Shown: positions 39,930 to 50,432, numbered from the stretch's first letter. The stretch is DNA of 64,000 bases from Oscillospiraceae bacterium (GCA_024404915.1 JAKSPJ010000006.1:62285-126284), one strand, 5' to 3'. The notes: generated by a model not told the origin, from the letters alone. Numbers and translations: made by a program.

Positions 39930-41108
39930 TTATTTCAACTGGTTCAGAACGGCAGCAGCCTTCTGCACAGTTTCTCTCGTGCCGAAGGAGGAGAATCGCA
40001 TCCAGCCTTTGCCTGCATTGCCGAAGCCCTCGCCCGGTGTGCCTGCAATACCGAACTCCTGCAGCAGCTTGTCGAAGCACTCCCAGGAGCTCATACCCTT
40101 GGGTGCCTCAAACCATACATAAGGTGCATTTTCGCCGCCTGTGGACATGATGCCTGCCTCATTCATTGCCTTCTTGATGATAGCAGCATTTTCCATATAA
40201 TAGTTTACATCCTCACGCACTGCCGCAAGGCCTTCTTCTGAGAATACTGCAGCCGCAGCACGCTGAATGATATAGGAACAGCCGTTATACTTGGTTGCTG
40301 TACGGCGGAACCACATCTGGTGAAGAGATGCGCCGTCAAACTGCAGTGTCTTCGGTACAATGGTCCAGCCGCAGCGTACGCCGGTAAAGCCGGCTGTCTT
40401 GGAAAGAGAATTGATTTCAATTGCACAGGTTTCTGCACCGGGAATCTCGTAGATGCTGTGGGGCAGTTCCGGATCACGGATGTATGCTTCATATGCAGAG
40501 TCGAACAGAATGACAGCGTTGTTTTTGTTGGCATATGCAATCCATTCTGCCAGCTGTGCTTTGCTGTATACGGCACCTGTGGGATTGTTCGGAGAGCAGA
40601 GATATATGATATCTGCTGCGATGGTTTCATCCGGCATGGGCAGGAAGCCGTTTTCCTTTGTGCCGCTGATGAATACGACTTTTCTGCCAGACATAATGCT
40701 GGTATCAAAGTATACAGGATAAACAGGGTTCGGCAGAAGAACGGTATTATCGGAATCAAAAAGGTCACAGATGTTGCCCAGGTCATTCTTTGCGCCGTCG
40801 CTGATGAAAATATCATCAGCGTCGATTGTTGTGCCACGCTTTGCATAGTAACCTGCAATGGCTTCACGAAGGAACAGCTCACCCTGTTCTGCGCCGTAAC
40901 CGTGGAAAGTTTCTGCGTGAGACATATCCTCTGCGGCTGCCTTCATGGCATCTGTAACGACACGGGACAAGGGGCGTGTTACATCGCCGATACTGAGCTT
41001 CAGAAGCTCACGTTCCGGGTTTTCCTTCTGGAATGCACGCAGTCTTTTTGCAATTTCCGAGAAGAGATAATTCTGCTCCAGTTCCAGAGCATGATGATTG
41101 ACTTTCAT
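39930..41108 (-). CDS. dapL: LL-diaminopimelate aminotransferase
   Basis: Start at MKVNHH (AGGAG upstream). NYLFSEIAKR...LSIGDVTRPL is the DapL N-terminal signature. SLSKTAGFTGVRCGW is the PLP-Lys motif. Confidence 0.88.
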   Translation of the reverse strand: MKVNHHALELEQNYLFSEIAKRLRAFQKENPERELLKLSIGDVTRPLSRVVTDAMKAAAEDMSHAETFHGYGAEQGELFLREAIAGYYAKRGTTIDADDIFISDGAKNDLGNICDLFDSDNTVLLPNPVYPVYFDTSIMSGRKVVFISGTKENGFLPMPDETIAADIIYLCSPNNPTGAVYSKAQLAEWIAYANKNNAVILFDSAYEAYIRDPELPHSIYEIPGAETCAIEINSLSKTAGFTGVRCGWTIVPKTLQFDGASLHQMWFRRTATKYNGCSYIIQRAAAAVFSEEGLAAVREDVNYYMENAAIIKKAMNEAGIMSTGGENAPYVWFEAPKGMSSWECFDKLLQEFGIAGTPGEGFGNAGKGWMRFSSFGTRETVQKAAAVLNQLK

Positions 41109-41124
41109 TTCATTTCTCCTTACA

Positions 41125-44100
41125 TTAGACTTCAATTTCGCCGCTGAATACAAGTACTGCTTCACCGGTCATCATAACAGCATCCTCTGTGTAGCGGATC
41201 GTCAGATCGCCGCCGCTGAGACGGACTGTAATATCTGTATCAGGCTTGCAGAAGCCATTGCGTACTGCTGCAGCAACGGTGCCGCATGCACCTGTACCGC
41301 ATGCCATTGTTTCACCGCTGCCACGCTCCCAGACTCTCATGCGGAGTGTGTGGTCATCAATGACCTGTACGAATTCTGTGTTTACCTGTTCCGGGAAAAT
41401 TGTATGGTGTTCAAATTCCGGTCCGATTTTTTCCAGCGGAATCTGCTCAGGTGAATCGCAGAATACAACACAATGCGGATTGCCCATGGATACGCAGGTG
41501 ACAGTGTAGTCAGTGCCGTCAACGTTCAGGGTTTCTGCAATCATTTCATCCTTCTCAAATGAAACCGGAATCTGCTTGGTGTTGAAGATTGCTTTGCCCA
41601 TATTTACTACTGCGTGGGATACCAGACCGTCCTTTGTGATGACCTGGATGGTACGGAGACCACTCTTGGTTTCAATGGTGATTTCCTTCTTGTCTGTGAT
41701 GCCATTGTCATAGAGGAACTTTGCAACGCAGCGGATTGCATTACCGCACATATTGCCCTCACTGCCGTCCAGATTGAACATACGCATTCTTGCATCTGCG
41801 ATGTCAGAGGATTCAATCAGAACCAGGCCATCGCCGCCGATGCCGAAGTGACGGTCAGAGAACTGCACTGCCAGGGATTCCGGCGCAGATACTTTCTTCT
41901 CAATGCAATTAATGTAAATATAATCGTTGCCGCATCCGTGCATCTTCACAAACGGAATACGTCTCTTTGCTGTTCTTAAATGATTCATGTTCATCAACTC
42001 CACATTAATATCTCGGTAGCCGCAGCTCAGGCACTTTGCCAGTGCAGTTGCGGTATCGGTACAGGTAAGGCAGGGAATACCCAGCTCCACTGCTTTTTTA
42101 CGGATTTTCGCACCATCCCGTGCTGCCATTCTTGCGCTTGCATCGGTGGATACAATATAACGGATTCTGCCCTGTTCCATCAGAGCAAAGGTTTCGGTAT
42201 CACCTTCGTGCAGTTTTTTCAGCACCTTGACATCCAGTCCTGCACGCATCAGAGCTTTTGCGGTGCCGCCTGTTGCATACAGAAGAAAGCCAAGCTTTGC
42301 AAACATTCTGCCGATTTCTGCAATATCAGGTTTATCTGCATCACAGACGGTCAGAAGCACGCCATTCTTATTTTTTCCGGATTCTTCCAGACGATATCCC
42401 GCTGCACGCAAGCCCTTGTACAGTGCTTCAGAAAGATTCTTGCCAACGCCGATGACTTCACCGGTGGATTTCATTTCAGGGCCAAGCTGTGATTCACCGC
42501 CGATTTTCTCGAAGGAGAATACAGGCACCTTTACTGCGATATAAGGCGGAATCTTGTAGTAGCCTGTGCCGTATTCTGTGTTTGCCAGCTTTTCGCCCAG
42601 GCACACACGCATTGCTGCATCGCACAGCGGCAGACCTGTCAGCTTGCTCATAAAGGGAACAGTACGAGAGGCACGGGGGTTAACCTCGATCACATAGAGA
42701 TTCTGTCCCTTGACAATATACTGCAGATTGATCAGGCCGACTGCATGGAGACTCAGGCAGATTTTCTTTGTATCTGTGAGAATCTTTTTGCGCATATCAT
42801 CATCAATATGCATAGATGGGCAGACTGCAATACTATCACCGGAGTGAACGCCTGTACGTTCAATATGTTCCATGATACCGGGAATCAGAATATCTTCTCC
42901 ATCACAAATGGCATCAACTTCAATTTCGGTTCCTCGTATATACTGGTCAATTAGCACCGGATTGTCAATGCCGTCTGCCAGAATATTCTGCATGAATGCG
43001 GTTAAATCCTTTTCATCAAAGGCAATGTTCATGTTTTGTCCGCCAAGAACATAGGATGGACGCACCAGCACAGGATAACCCAGAGACTGAATAGCAATTT
43101 TGGCTTCCTCAAGTGTGTTGACAGTACAGCCCAATGGTCTGGAGATGTGATTTGCTTCCAGAAGTGCTTCAAAGCGTTCACGGTCTTCTGCCAGGTCAAT
43201 GCTGTCTGCGCTGGCACCTAACAGATGGTAGCCTGCTTCTTCGATGACTCTTGCAAGACGGATTGCTGTCTGACCGCCGAATGCGGTAACAACGCCTACA
43301 GGCTGTTCCAGTTCCAGAATAGTCAACACATCTTCCGGTGTCAGCGGTTCAAAATACAGACGGTCTGCTGTGTCGAAATCTGTGGAAACGGTTTCAGGGT
43401 TATTATTGATTAACACAGCCTCATAGCCTGCTTTTTTCAGAATATCCACGCAGTGCACAGCAGAATAGTCGAACTCGATACCTTGTCCGATACGAATGGG
43501 GCCGCTGCCAAGAACCACAACTGTTTTCTTTTCAGAATTTGTATTGAAGTGCTTTGCCTCATTTGCCTCATCCATTGCATCCGGATGATATACGCCGTAG
43601 AAGTAAGGGGTTTCTGCTTCAAATTCACCTGCACAGGTATCGACCATGCGGTAAATCGGGCGAATCCGTTTTTCCGGCAAAGGCTGCTGAGCGATTTTTG
43701 CAATGGTGTCATCAGGGTAGCCATAGGACTTTGCCAGACGATACAACTCTTCTGTCAGAGGTTCGTTTTCCATGGCAACTTCACATTTTACAAGACGTAC
43801 CATCTTTTCCAGGAACCAGCAGTCAATCCTGGAATGTGCATTGATTTCCTCAACGGTCATGCCTCTGCGGATGGCCTCTGCCACTGCAAACAGACGAATA
43901 TCATCTGCGTAAATCAGGTGCTGAACCAGTTCTTCTGCATTCCATTCACGGAGAGAACGAACCAGCAGGGCACTGTGCTTGACTTCTGCGCCACGCAGTG
44001 CCTTCAGAAGTGCAGATTCAAAGGTATCAGATATGGACATGACTTCTCCGGTGGCTTTCATCTGTGTGCCAAGCTTATGGGAGGAGCCACTGAATTTCTC

Positions 44101-45186
44101 AAAGGGGAATTTCGGCATTTTGACAGCCACATAGTCCAGTGCCGGTTCAAATGCGGCAGTGGTTTTACCGGTAACCTTGTTGGCAATCTCGTACAAGCGG
44201 TAGCCTACTGCAATTTTTGCAGACACCTTTGCAATCGGGTAGCCGGTTGCTTTGGATGCCAGTGCGGAAGAACGGGATACACGAGGATTGACCTCGATGA
44301 CCGCATATTCAAAGGAATTGGGGTTAAGTGCAAACTGACAGTTGCATCCGCCTACAATTTTCAGTGTTTCCGCAATTTTCAGTGCAGCGGTACGGAGCAT
44401 CTGATATTCCTTGTCTGCCAGTGTCACAGCAGGTGCAATGACGATACTGTCACCGGTATGAATACCCACAGGATCAAAGTTTTCCATGGAGCAGACTGTC
44501 AGCTTATTGCCGTCTGCATCACGGATAATTTCAAATTCAATTTCCTTCCATCCTGCGATACAGCGTTCCACAAGAATCTGATGAATAGGAGAAAGACGCA
44601 GACCATTTTCTGCAATGCGTGCAAATTCTTCAGGGGTATCAGCAATACCGCCGCCGGAACCGCCCAGCGTATATGCAGGACGTATAATGACCGGATAGCC
44701 GATTTCCTCAGCAAGCCTGCAGGCTGTTTCCATATCATCAGCAATGCCGGAGGGAATACAGGGCTGACCGATACTGTCCATTGTCTCTTTAAAGAGCTTA
44801 CGGTCCTCTGCCTTTGCAATGACTTCCGGGTCTGCACCAAGAAGGCGGATCCCCTGCTCTTCCAGAAAACCGCATTCTGCCAATGCGGCACAGAGGTTCA
44901 GACCTGTCTGACCGCCAAGACCGGAAAGAATGCTGTCCGGCTTTTCCTTCAGACAGATACGCTTGAGTACTTCCGGTGTCAGAGGTTCCATGTAGATTTT
45001 ATCTGCCATGGTATTATCTGTCATAATGGTTGCAGGGTTGGAGTTTGCCAGAACAACCTCGATGCCGTCTTCCTTCAGGGCACGGCATGCCTGTGTGCCG
45101 GAGTAGTCAAATTCCGCAGCCTGACCAATGACAATCGGGCCGGAACCAATCACAAGAACCTTATGTATATCACGATTCAGCGGCAT
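41125..45186 (-). CDS. carB: Carbamoyl-phosphate synthase large subunit fused in frame to diaminopimelate epimerase (CarB-DapF single ORF, 1353 aa)
   Basis: The first roughly 1065 aa are a canonical CarB (VLVIGSGPIVIGQAAEFDYSGTQA, a second ATP-grasp, an MGS-like end). There is no stop codon. The final roughly 285 aa are DapF (FVKMHGCGNDYIYI, NMCGNAIRC, MACGTGACG). An internal ATG at 41988 with GGAG 9 nt upstream could also start DapF separately. Confidence 0.9.
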   Translation of the reverse strand: MPLNRDIHKVLVIGSGPIVIGQAAEFDYSGTQACRALKEDGIEVVLANSNPATIMTDNTMADKIYMEPLTPEVLKRICLKEKPDSILSGLGGQTGLNLCAALAECGFLEEQGIRLLGADPEVIAKAEDRKLFKETMDSIGQPCIPSGIADDMETACRLAEEIGYPVIIRPAYTLGGSGGGIADTPEEFARIAENGLRLSPIHQILVERCIAGWKEIEFEIIRDADGNKLTVCSMENFDPVGIHTGDSIVIAPAVTLADKEYQMLRTAALKIAETLKIVGGCNCQFALNPNSFEYAVIEVNPRVSRSSALASKATGYPIAKVSAKIAVGYRLYEIANKVTGKTTAAFEPALDYVAVKMPKFPFEKFSGSSHKLGTQMKATGEVMSISDTFESALLKALRGAEVKHSALLVRSLREWNAEELVQHLIYADDIRLFAVAEAIRRGMTVEEINAHSRIDCWFLEKMVRLVKCEVAMENEPLTEELYRLAKSYGYPDDTIAKIAQQPLPEKRIRPIYRMVDTCAGEFEAETPYFYGVYHPDAMDEANEAKHFNTNSEKKTVVVLGSGPIRIGQGIEFDYSAVHCVDILKKAGYEAVLINNNPETVSTDFDTADRLYFEPLTPEDVLTILELEQPVGVVTAFGGQTAIRLARVIEEAGYHLLGASADSIDLAEDRERFEALLEANHISRPLGCTVNTLEEAKIAIQSLGYPVLVRPSYVLGGQNMNIAFDEKDLTAFMQNILADGIDNPVLIDQYIRGTEIEVDAICDGEDILIPGIMEHIERTGVHSGDSIAVCPSMHIDDDMRKKILTDTKKICLSLHAVGLINLQYIVKGQNLYVIEVNPRASRTVPFMSKLTGLPLCDAAMRVCLGEKLANTEYGTGYYKIPPYIAVKVPVFSFEKIGGESQLGPEMKSTGEVIGVGKNLSEALYKGLRAAGYRLEESGKNKNGVLLTVCDADKPDIAEIGRMFAKLGFLLYATGGTAKALMRAGLDVKVLKKLHEGDTETFALMEQGRIRYIVSTDASARMAARDGAKIRKKAVELGIPCLTCTDTATALAKCLSCGYRDINVELMNMNHLRTAKRRIPFVKMHGCGNDYIYINCIEKKVSAPESLAVQFSDRHFGIGGDGLVLIESSDIADARMRMFNLDGSEGNMCGNAIRCVAKFLYDNGITDKKEITIETKSGLRTIQVITKDGLVSHAVVNMGKAIFNTKQIPVSFEKDEMIAETLNVDGTDYTVTCVSMGNPHCVVFCDSPEQIPLEKIGPEFEHHTIFPEQVNTEFVQVIDDHTLRMRVWERGSGETMACGTGACGTVAAAVRNGFCKPDTDITVRLSGGDLTIRYTEDAVMMTGEAVLVFSGEIEV

Positions 45187-46273
45187 TTGAAGAACCTCCC
45201 ATCATCTCAATAAATTCGTCAAATAAATATTCTGTATCCTGGGGGCCTGCACATGCCTCCGGGTGGAACTGTACGGATAGTGCCGGGAAATGCTTGTAAC
45301 GCAAGCCTTCACAGGTCTGATCATTGATGTTGATGAACAGCAGATCAGCCACTTCCCTGCAGTGTGCATCCTGGGGATCATACAGTACCTGATAGCCGTG
45401 GTTCTGTGTGGATACCGCCATACGGTTAGTTTCCAGATTCAATACAGGCTGGTTTGCGCCACGATGACCAAACTTCAGCTTAGATGTGCTGATGTTGTTT
45501 GCCAGTGCCATCAGCTGATGGCCAAGACAAATTGCCATCATGGGAATTTTCAGCGCAGTTATCTTTTTCAGTTCCTGAATGATTTCCACATTTTCCTGGG
45601 GGTTGCCTGCACCATTGGAAAGCATGATGCCATCCGGCTGCATAGCAGAAATCTGTTCAGCTGTGGTATATGCCGGTACGACAGTAACACGGCAGTCTCT
45701 GTTTACAAGGCAGCGTGCAATATTCTCTTTTGCACCAAAATCCATCAATACCACATGGCGTTTCGCATCGGGACTGCCCAGTGTATAGGGGGAATCGCAG
45801 GTGGTATTCCGGACTGCTTCCTGAACACGATAGCTGCGGATCAGTTCCATATCAGCCTGTTCAGGTGTATCGCAGATCATACCGTTCATTGTACCGTTTT
45901 CACGCAGAACTCTGGTAAGGGTTCTGGTATCTGCACCGCACAGTGCAGGGATATCATTTTCGGTCAGATAGGCTTCCAATTCGCCCTGATTACGGAAATT
46001 AGAGGGTTTATCACAGCAGTCAGCCATGATATATGCCGATAAAAAGGGCTTTCTGGATTCAAAATCCTGAGGAATCACTCCATAATTGCCAATCAGAGGG
46101 AAAGTCTGTACAACCGCTTGACCAAAATAACTCGGATCTGTCAGTGTTTCCAGATATCCGTTCATACCAGTTGCAAATACAATTTCTGCAACCACATTTT
46201 TGAGGGAACCAATTCGTGTTCCATGAAAAACCATCCCATTTTCCAATACAAGACAGCCTAACTTTTGCTCCAT
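45170..46273 (-). CDS. carA: Carbamoyl-phosphate synthase small (glutaminase) subunit
   Basis: MAICLGHQLMA, FGHRGANQPV and QNHGY. Start at MEQKLG with GGAGG 8 nt upstream. The 3' end overlaps the carB start. Confidence 0.9.
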   Translation of the reverse strand: MEQKLGCLVLENGMVFHGTRIGSLKNVVAEIVFATGMNGYLETLTDPSYFGQAVVQTFPLIGNYGVIPQDFESRKPFLSAYIMADCCDKPSNFRNQGELEAYLTENDIPALCGADTRTLTRVLRENGTMNGMICDTPEQADMELIRSYRVQEAVRNTTCDSPYTLGSPDAKRHVVLMDFGAKENIARCLVNRDCRVTVVPAYTTAEQISAMQPDGIMLSNGAGNPQENVEIIQELKKITALKIPMMAICLGHQLMALANNISTSKLKFGHRGANQPVLNLETNRMAVSTQNHGYQVLYDPQDAHCREVADLLFININDQTCEGLRYKHFPALSVQFHPEACAGPQDTEYLFDEFIEMMGGSSNAAES

Positions 46274-46302
46274 TCTTTCCGCCTCCATTTTATTATTACA
46301 TG

Positions 46303-46349
46303 CCAAAACACCGCCGGAGAATCCAGAATTCCAGAATTCTCCGGGGTGT
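46303..46349 (-). terminator. Hairpin/terminator between GS III and carA
   Basis: On the minus strand, ACACCCCGGAGAAT-loop-ATTCTCCGGCGGTGT is followed by TTTTGG. Confidence 0.6.
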
Positions 46350-46371
46350 TGGTGCTTATGTGAGATGTGAA

Positions 46372-48441
46372 TTAAACACTGTAGAGGAGATCGCCATATG
46401 TGGGATACGGCTGATACTCTTTGCTCAGCATCGGTTCCAGCTGGTCTGCTGCAGCACGGAGTTCATTCATTGCAGGAATGACGATGTCACGGCAGTAGTA
46501 GGAAGGATGCTCTGTATCATAAAGACCAAGCATCACATTTTCCAGATTCTCAGTCTTAGCAGCGATTTCATCGGTCAAAGCACTGATCTTGCGCAGAAGC
46601 TCGTTTTCTGCAATGCCCTGAATGCCAAGTGCCTTCTTGTTCATTGCGTACTGTGCCAGTGCCTCGCCGTATGCAAAACCGGCAGGCAGAATCTGTGTCT
46701 TAGCCATGTCAATCATGGTATTGCCTTCAATTGCAATCAGCTTGGTGTAGTTCTCCAGGAGAATGTCCTTTCTGGAAACAACCTCAGAATGATTGTAAAC
46801 ACCGAAACGCTTGAAGAGTGCCACGTTCTTGTCTGTTGCAAATGCGTGCATTGCATCAGCAGTGGTCTTCAGGTTCAGCAGGCCGCGGCGTTCTGCTTCG
46901 GCAACCCATTCCTGAGAATAGTTATTGCCGTTGAAAATGATTCTGCTGTGATTCTTCAGTGTGTCAGCAAGAATGGACTGAATCTCAGCGCTGATATCAG
47001 AAGTATTTTCAAGACGCTCTGCAATATTTGCCAGTGCCTCTGCGAAGATTGTATTCAGTGCAATGTTTGTATCAGCAATGGAATTCTCAGAACCCAGCAT
47101 ACGGAATTCAAACTTGTTGCCTGTGAATGCCATCGGGGAAGTACGGTTACGGTCACTGGTATCCTTCTTGAAATCAGGAAGAACGTGAACACCGGTTGCC
47201 AGAACTTCGTGCTTCTTATGTTCGCTTCTGCCCTCTGCTGCTGCCTCCAGCTGGAGCTGCAGGTCATCGCCAAGGTAAACAGAAACGATTGCAGGCGGTG
47301 CTTCGTTTGCACCCAGACGGTGGTCATTGCCTGCGCTCGCGACGGACATTCTCAGCAAATCCTGGTGATCATCCACAGCTGCAACAACAGCGGAAACCAT
47401 CAGCAGGAACAGACGCTGACGTTCCGGTGTTTTGCCCGGTGCAAACAGGTTGATGCCTGTATCTGTGGAAAGTGACCAGTTGTTGTGCTTGCCGCTGCCG
47501 TTTACGCCAGCGAAAGGCTTTTCGTGGAGCAGGCACATGAGGCCGTGCTTTTCAGCGATGCGCTTCATCATTTCCATGGTGAGCTGGTTGTGGTCGCAGG
47601 CTACGTTCATTGTGGAGTAAACCGGAGCAAGCTCATGCTGTGCCGGTGCAACTTCGTTGTGCTCTGTCTTTGCGTAGATGCCCAGCTTCCAGAGCTCTTC
47701 GTTCAGTTCCTTCATGAAAGCCTGAACACGGGGACGGATGACACCGAAATAGTGGTCTTCCATCTCCTGGCCCTTAGGAGCCTTTGCACCAAACAGTGTT
47801 CTACCGGTGAAAATCAGATCCTTACGCTTCTTCGCCATCTCACGGTCAATCAGGAAGTATTCCTGCTCCGGGCCAACAGTACCGGTTACATGCTTCACAT
47901 CGGTGAATCCCAGAAGATTCAACACCTTTACTGCCTGATCGTTGACAGCTTCCATGGAACGAAGCAGCGGAGTTTTCTTATCCAGTGCCTCACCGCTGTA
48001 GGAATAGAAAGCGGTAGGAATGCACAGGCTGTTTTCTTTGATAAATGCATAGGAGGTCGGGTCCCATGCGGTATAACCTCTTGCTTCAAATGTTGCACGA
48101 AGTCCGCCGGAGGGGAAGGAGGAAGCATCAGGCTCGCCCTTGATCAGTTCTTTGCCGGAAAACTCAAGAATCACGCCGTTATCACCATCGGGAGAAATGA
48201 AGCTGTCGTGCTTCTCAGCGGTGATACCGGTCATCGGCTGGAACCAGTGGGTGAAATGGGTTGCACCATTTTCAACAGCCCACTCACGCATTGCACTTGC
48301 AACAACATCTGCAACGGTGGGATCCAGATCCTTGCCGTTTGCAATGGTCTCATGCAGGGAACGATAAACAGCCTTCGGCAGACGTTCCTGCATCACATTG
48401 TCATTAAATACAAGACTTCCAAAAATCTCAGTCGGTTTCAT
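46372..48441 (-). CDS. glnN: Glutamine synthetase type III
   Basis: About 690 aa. The N-terminus [20 protein letters not shown]...[13 protein letters not shown] is typical of GSIII. Start at MKPTEIF. Confidence 0.9.
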   Translation of the reverse strand: MKPTEIFGSLVFNDNVMQERLPKAVYRSLHETIANGKDLDPTVADVVASAMREWAVENGATHFTHWFQPMTGITAEKHDSFISPDGDNGVILEFSGKELIKGEPDASSFPSGGLRATFEARGYTAWDPTSYAFIKENSLCIPTAFYSYSGEALDKKTPLLRSMEAVNDQAVKVLNLLGFTDVKHVTGTVGPEQEYFLIDREMAKKRKDLIFTGRTLFGAKAPKGQEMEDHYFGVIRPRVQAFMKELNEELWKLGIYAKTEHNEVAPAQHELAPVYSTMNVACDHNQLTMEMMKRIAEKHGLMCLLHEKPFAGVNGSGKHNNWSLSTDTGINLFAPGKTPERQRLFLLMVSAVVAAVDDHQDLLRMSVASAGNDHRLGANEAPPAIVSVYLGDDLQLQLEAAAEGRSEHKKHEVLATGVHVLPDFKKDTSDRNRTSPMAFTGNKFEFRMLGSENSIADTNIALNTIFAEALANIAERLENTSDISAEIQSILADTLKNHSRIIFNGNNYSQEWVAEAERRGLLNLKTTADAMHAFATDKNVALFKRFGVYNHSEVVSRKDILLENYTKLIAIEGNTMIDMAKTQILPAGFAYGEALAQYAMNKKALGIQGIAENELLRKISALTDEIAAKTENLENVMLGLYDTEHPSYYCRDIVIPAMNELRAAADQLEPMLSKEYQPYPTYGDLLYSV

Positions 48442-48460
48442 TACAATCATCCTTTCTGAT

Positions 48461-48559
48461 AATAAAACAAAACAGCAACGGCACTTCAGGACTTTTCCTG
48501 TACCAGCGCCGTTGCTGTTATCTGTGTCATATCATAGCACATTTTTTCGAGAATGTCAA
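48461..48559 (-). promoter_or_regulatory. GS III promoter plus leader: 5' hexaloop hairpin overlapping an intrinsic terminator (candidate ANTAR-controlled attenuator)
   Basis: On the minus strand: TTGACA, 17 nt spacer, TATGAT. Then CAGC-AACGGC-GCTG (48504-48517), and CAGG-AAAAGT-CCTG. The terminator is AACAGCAACGGC...GCCGTTGCTGTT followed by TTGTTTTATT. Confidence 0.6.
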
Positions 48560-48603
48560 TAGATTGATAGAATTTTCACAAACTTTGATGATTTATTCAA
48601 AAT

Positions 48604-49197
48604 TCATCGAATATTATCGTAAGTTTTTAGTATATTTTCAGCAGCAGTCCGCTTGGGAATGCGCTGATTCATTGCCTGCTGTTCGATATATTTGTGCGCC
48701 TGTTCCTCTGTCATGCCCAGATACTGTATCAGAGCATACTTCGCACGGTTAATGATGCGCAGATCCAGCAGCTTTGTCTGCAAACGCTGATTCTCCTGTG
48801 AAACGATCTGAAGCCGTGCATAGGCAGATGCAGCATCGTGGACAGCCTGATGAAACGAGGAATGGGGAAATGGTCTGCCAAGTACGGCAATGCCGAAGGG
48901 CTCCAGATACTCACGCATTTCGCTTTCCTGTTCGTTCTTGACAATTGCCACAACTGAGCTGTCAGAGTTTTCTGCAATGTCACTGGCAAGTTCTGTACCG
49001 CTTTCATCACTCAGCGGAATATTAATCAATACAATGGCACTCTGCTTTCCCATGATTCGCTGTCTTGCTTCCATGCAGCTGGATGCGGTTCCGTTGATGA
49101 CATAATCACCATTCGGTAAATTTTCCCTGACATAGCGATGAAAGGATTCGTTTGAGGAAATGATGAAGATGTCCTTTTGTAAATAGCGGCTTAACAT
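48604..49197 (-). CDS. ANTAR-domain RNA-binding antiterminator with pseudo-receiver N-terminal domain
   Basis: C-terminal ANTAR motif LRIINRAKYALIQYLGMTEEQAHKYIEQQAMNQRIPKRTAAENIL. The receiver-like half lacks the acidic pocket and phospho-Asp (IISSNES, VLINIPLSD, GRPF). Confidence 0.85.
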   Translation of the reverse strand: MLSRYLQKDIFIISSNESFHRYVRENLPNGDYVINGTASSCMEARQRIMGKQSAIVLINIPLSDESGTELASDIAENSDSSVVAIVKNEQESEMREYLEPFGIAVLGRPFPHSSFHQAVHDAASAYARLQIVSQENQRLQTKLLDLRIINRAKYALIQYLGMTEEQAHKYIEQQAMNQRIPKRTAAENILKTYDNIR

Positions 49198-49205
49198 TTT
49201 TATAC

Positions 49206-50432
49206 CTACCTGTTGAAATGGTTGAAAATGTGTTCAGGCATGGAACGCTTCATAAATTCGCTGTTCTGCATGACTTGCTTGGCCTCGTCCAGACTGGAAG
49301 GCAGCTTCGGATACCGGCTGCGGATTTCTTCGGAAACAGTCAGCAGATTCTCATCGCAGGCAGGCGGAAGCTGTATCTTATTCAGAATACCGTCCAGGCC
49401 TGCACGCATGACAAGTGCAAAGGCGAGATATGGATTTACAGAGGCATCGGGAGAACGAAGCTCCATTCGCTTGTGCTGCGGATTTGCAGCAGGAAGGCGA
49501 ATCATCTGTGAACGATTGCAGCGTGACCAGGATACACGGTCGGGGGCTTTGTTTCTGCCAAGACGCTCATAAGAGCTTTCCAGTGCATTAAGTACAGCTG
49601 TCATTTCTGGGGTGTGCTGCAGCACACCTGCCATGAAGTGATGTGTTATTTTTTCATCTTCAATCGGACTCATATCGGCTTTGTGAATGGATGAATGGAT
49701 ATGGAAGCCGTTTCCCGGCTCATTTTCTATCGGCTTCGGGAGAAAGCAGGCATGCAGTCCGTTTCTTGCTGCCACGGTGCTGACAATCTGTTTGAAGGTA
49801 ATCACATTGTCAGCAGCGTTCAGTGCAGTGCTGTAGCGGAAATCGATTTCATTCTGACCGGGCCCCTGTTCGTGGTGGGAGCGCTCCGGATGAATGCCCA
49901 TTGTTGCCAGTGTCTGGCAGATTTCACGGCGCACGTTTTCTCCGCAGTCCAGGGGGGCGATATCAAAATAACTGCCGCGATCCAGGGGCGTGCTGGTGGG
50001 TGTGCCGTTTTCATCACATTTGAACAGATAAAATTCGCATTCCGTGCCGAACAGGCAGCACAGATCATACTGCTTCAGCAGCTCTTCTGTTTCCGCCAGA
50101 TAACGGCGGCAGTCTGCCTCAAAAGCTGCGCCGTCCGGGGTACGGATTTCGCAGAAGAAACGTGCAACACCGCCTCTGCTTGGACGCCATGGCAGCAGTG
50201 CCAGAGTGGTGGAATCCGGGAATAAAAGCAAATCAGAATGTGAAACATCACGGAAGCCTGCAATGGAGGAGGCATCAAAAGCAATGCCGTTTTCAAAGGC
50301 GTCCTGCAGTTCTGTCGCCTGAATTGAAATATTTTTCTGCACACCGCAGATATCGCAGAATGCAAGACGAACAAACTGAATATCACTGCTTTCCACAATT
50401 TCTAATGTCTCACGCTGGGATCGTGTCAACAA
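49206..50432 (-). CDS. glnA: Glutamine synthetase type I-like protein (short form)
   Basis: FDASSIAGF, HHEQGPGQNEIDFRY, KPIENEPGNGFHIHSS and RSPDASVNPYLAF. TTG 50432 has AGGAG 8 nt upstream; the ORF-track start is TTG 50459. Confidence 0.85.
   Translation of the reverse strand: MLTRSQRETLEIVESSDIQFVRLAFCDICGVQKNISIQATELQDAFENGIAFDASSIAGFRDVSHSDLLLFPDSTTLALLPWRPSRGGVARFFCEIRTPDGAAFEADCRRYLAETEELLKQYDLCCLFGTECEFYLFKCDENGTPTSTPLDRGSYFDIAPLDCGENVRREICQTLATMGIHPERSHHEQGPGQNEIDFRYSTALNAADNVITFKQIVSTVAARNGLHACFLPKPIENEPGNGFHIHSSIHKADMSPIEDEKITHHFMAGVLQHTPEMTAVLNALESSYERLGRNKAPDRVSWSRCNRSQMIRLPAANPQHKRMELRSPDASVNPYLAFALVMRAGLDGILNKIQLPPACDENLLTVSEEIRSRYPKLPSSLDEAKQVMQNSEFMKRSMPEHIFNHFNR

Noticed and set aside
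41988-41994. Treating dapF as an independent gene starting at the internal ATG.
   Set aside because: There is no stop codon in the carB frame upstream, so on this sequence the annotation must be a fusion ORF. Internal initiation is kept as a hypothesis in the findings rather than as a separate feature.
46274-46371. Possible PyrR-binding attenuator upstream of carA.
   Set aside because: The hairpin here lacks the PyrR loop consensus (no CCAGAGAGG-like sequence). It is adequately explained as the GS III terminator.
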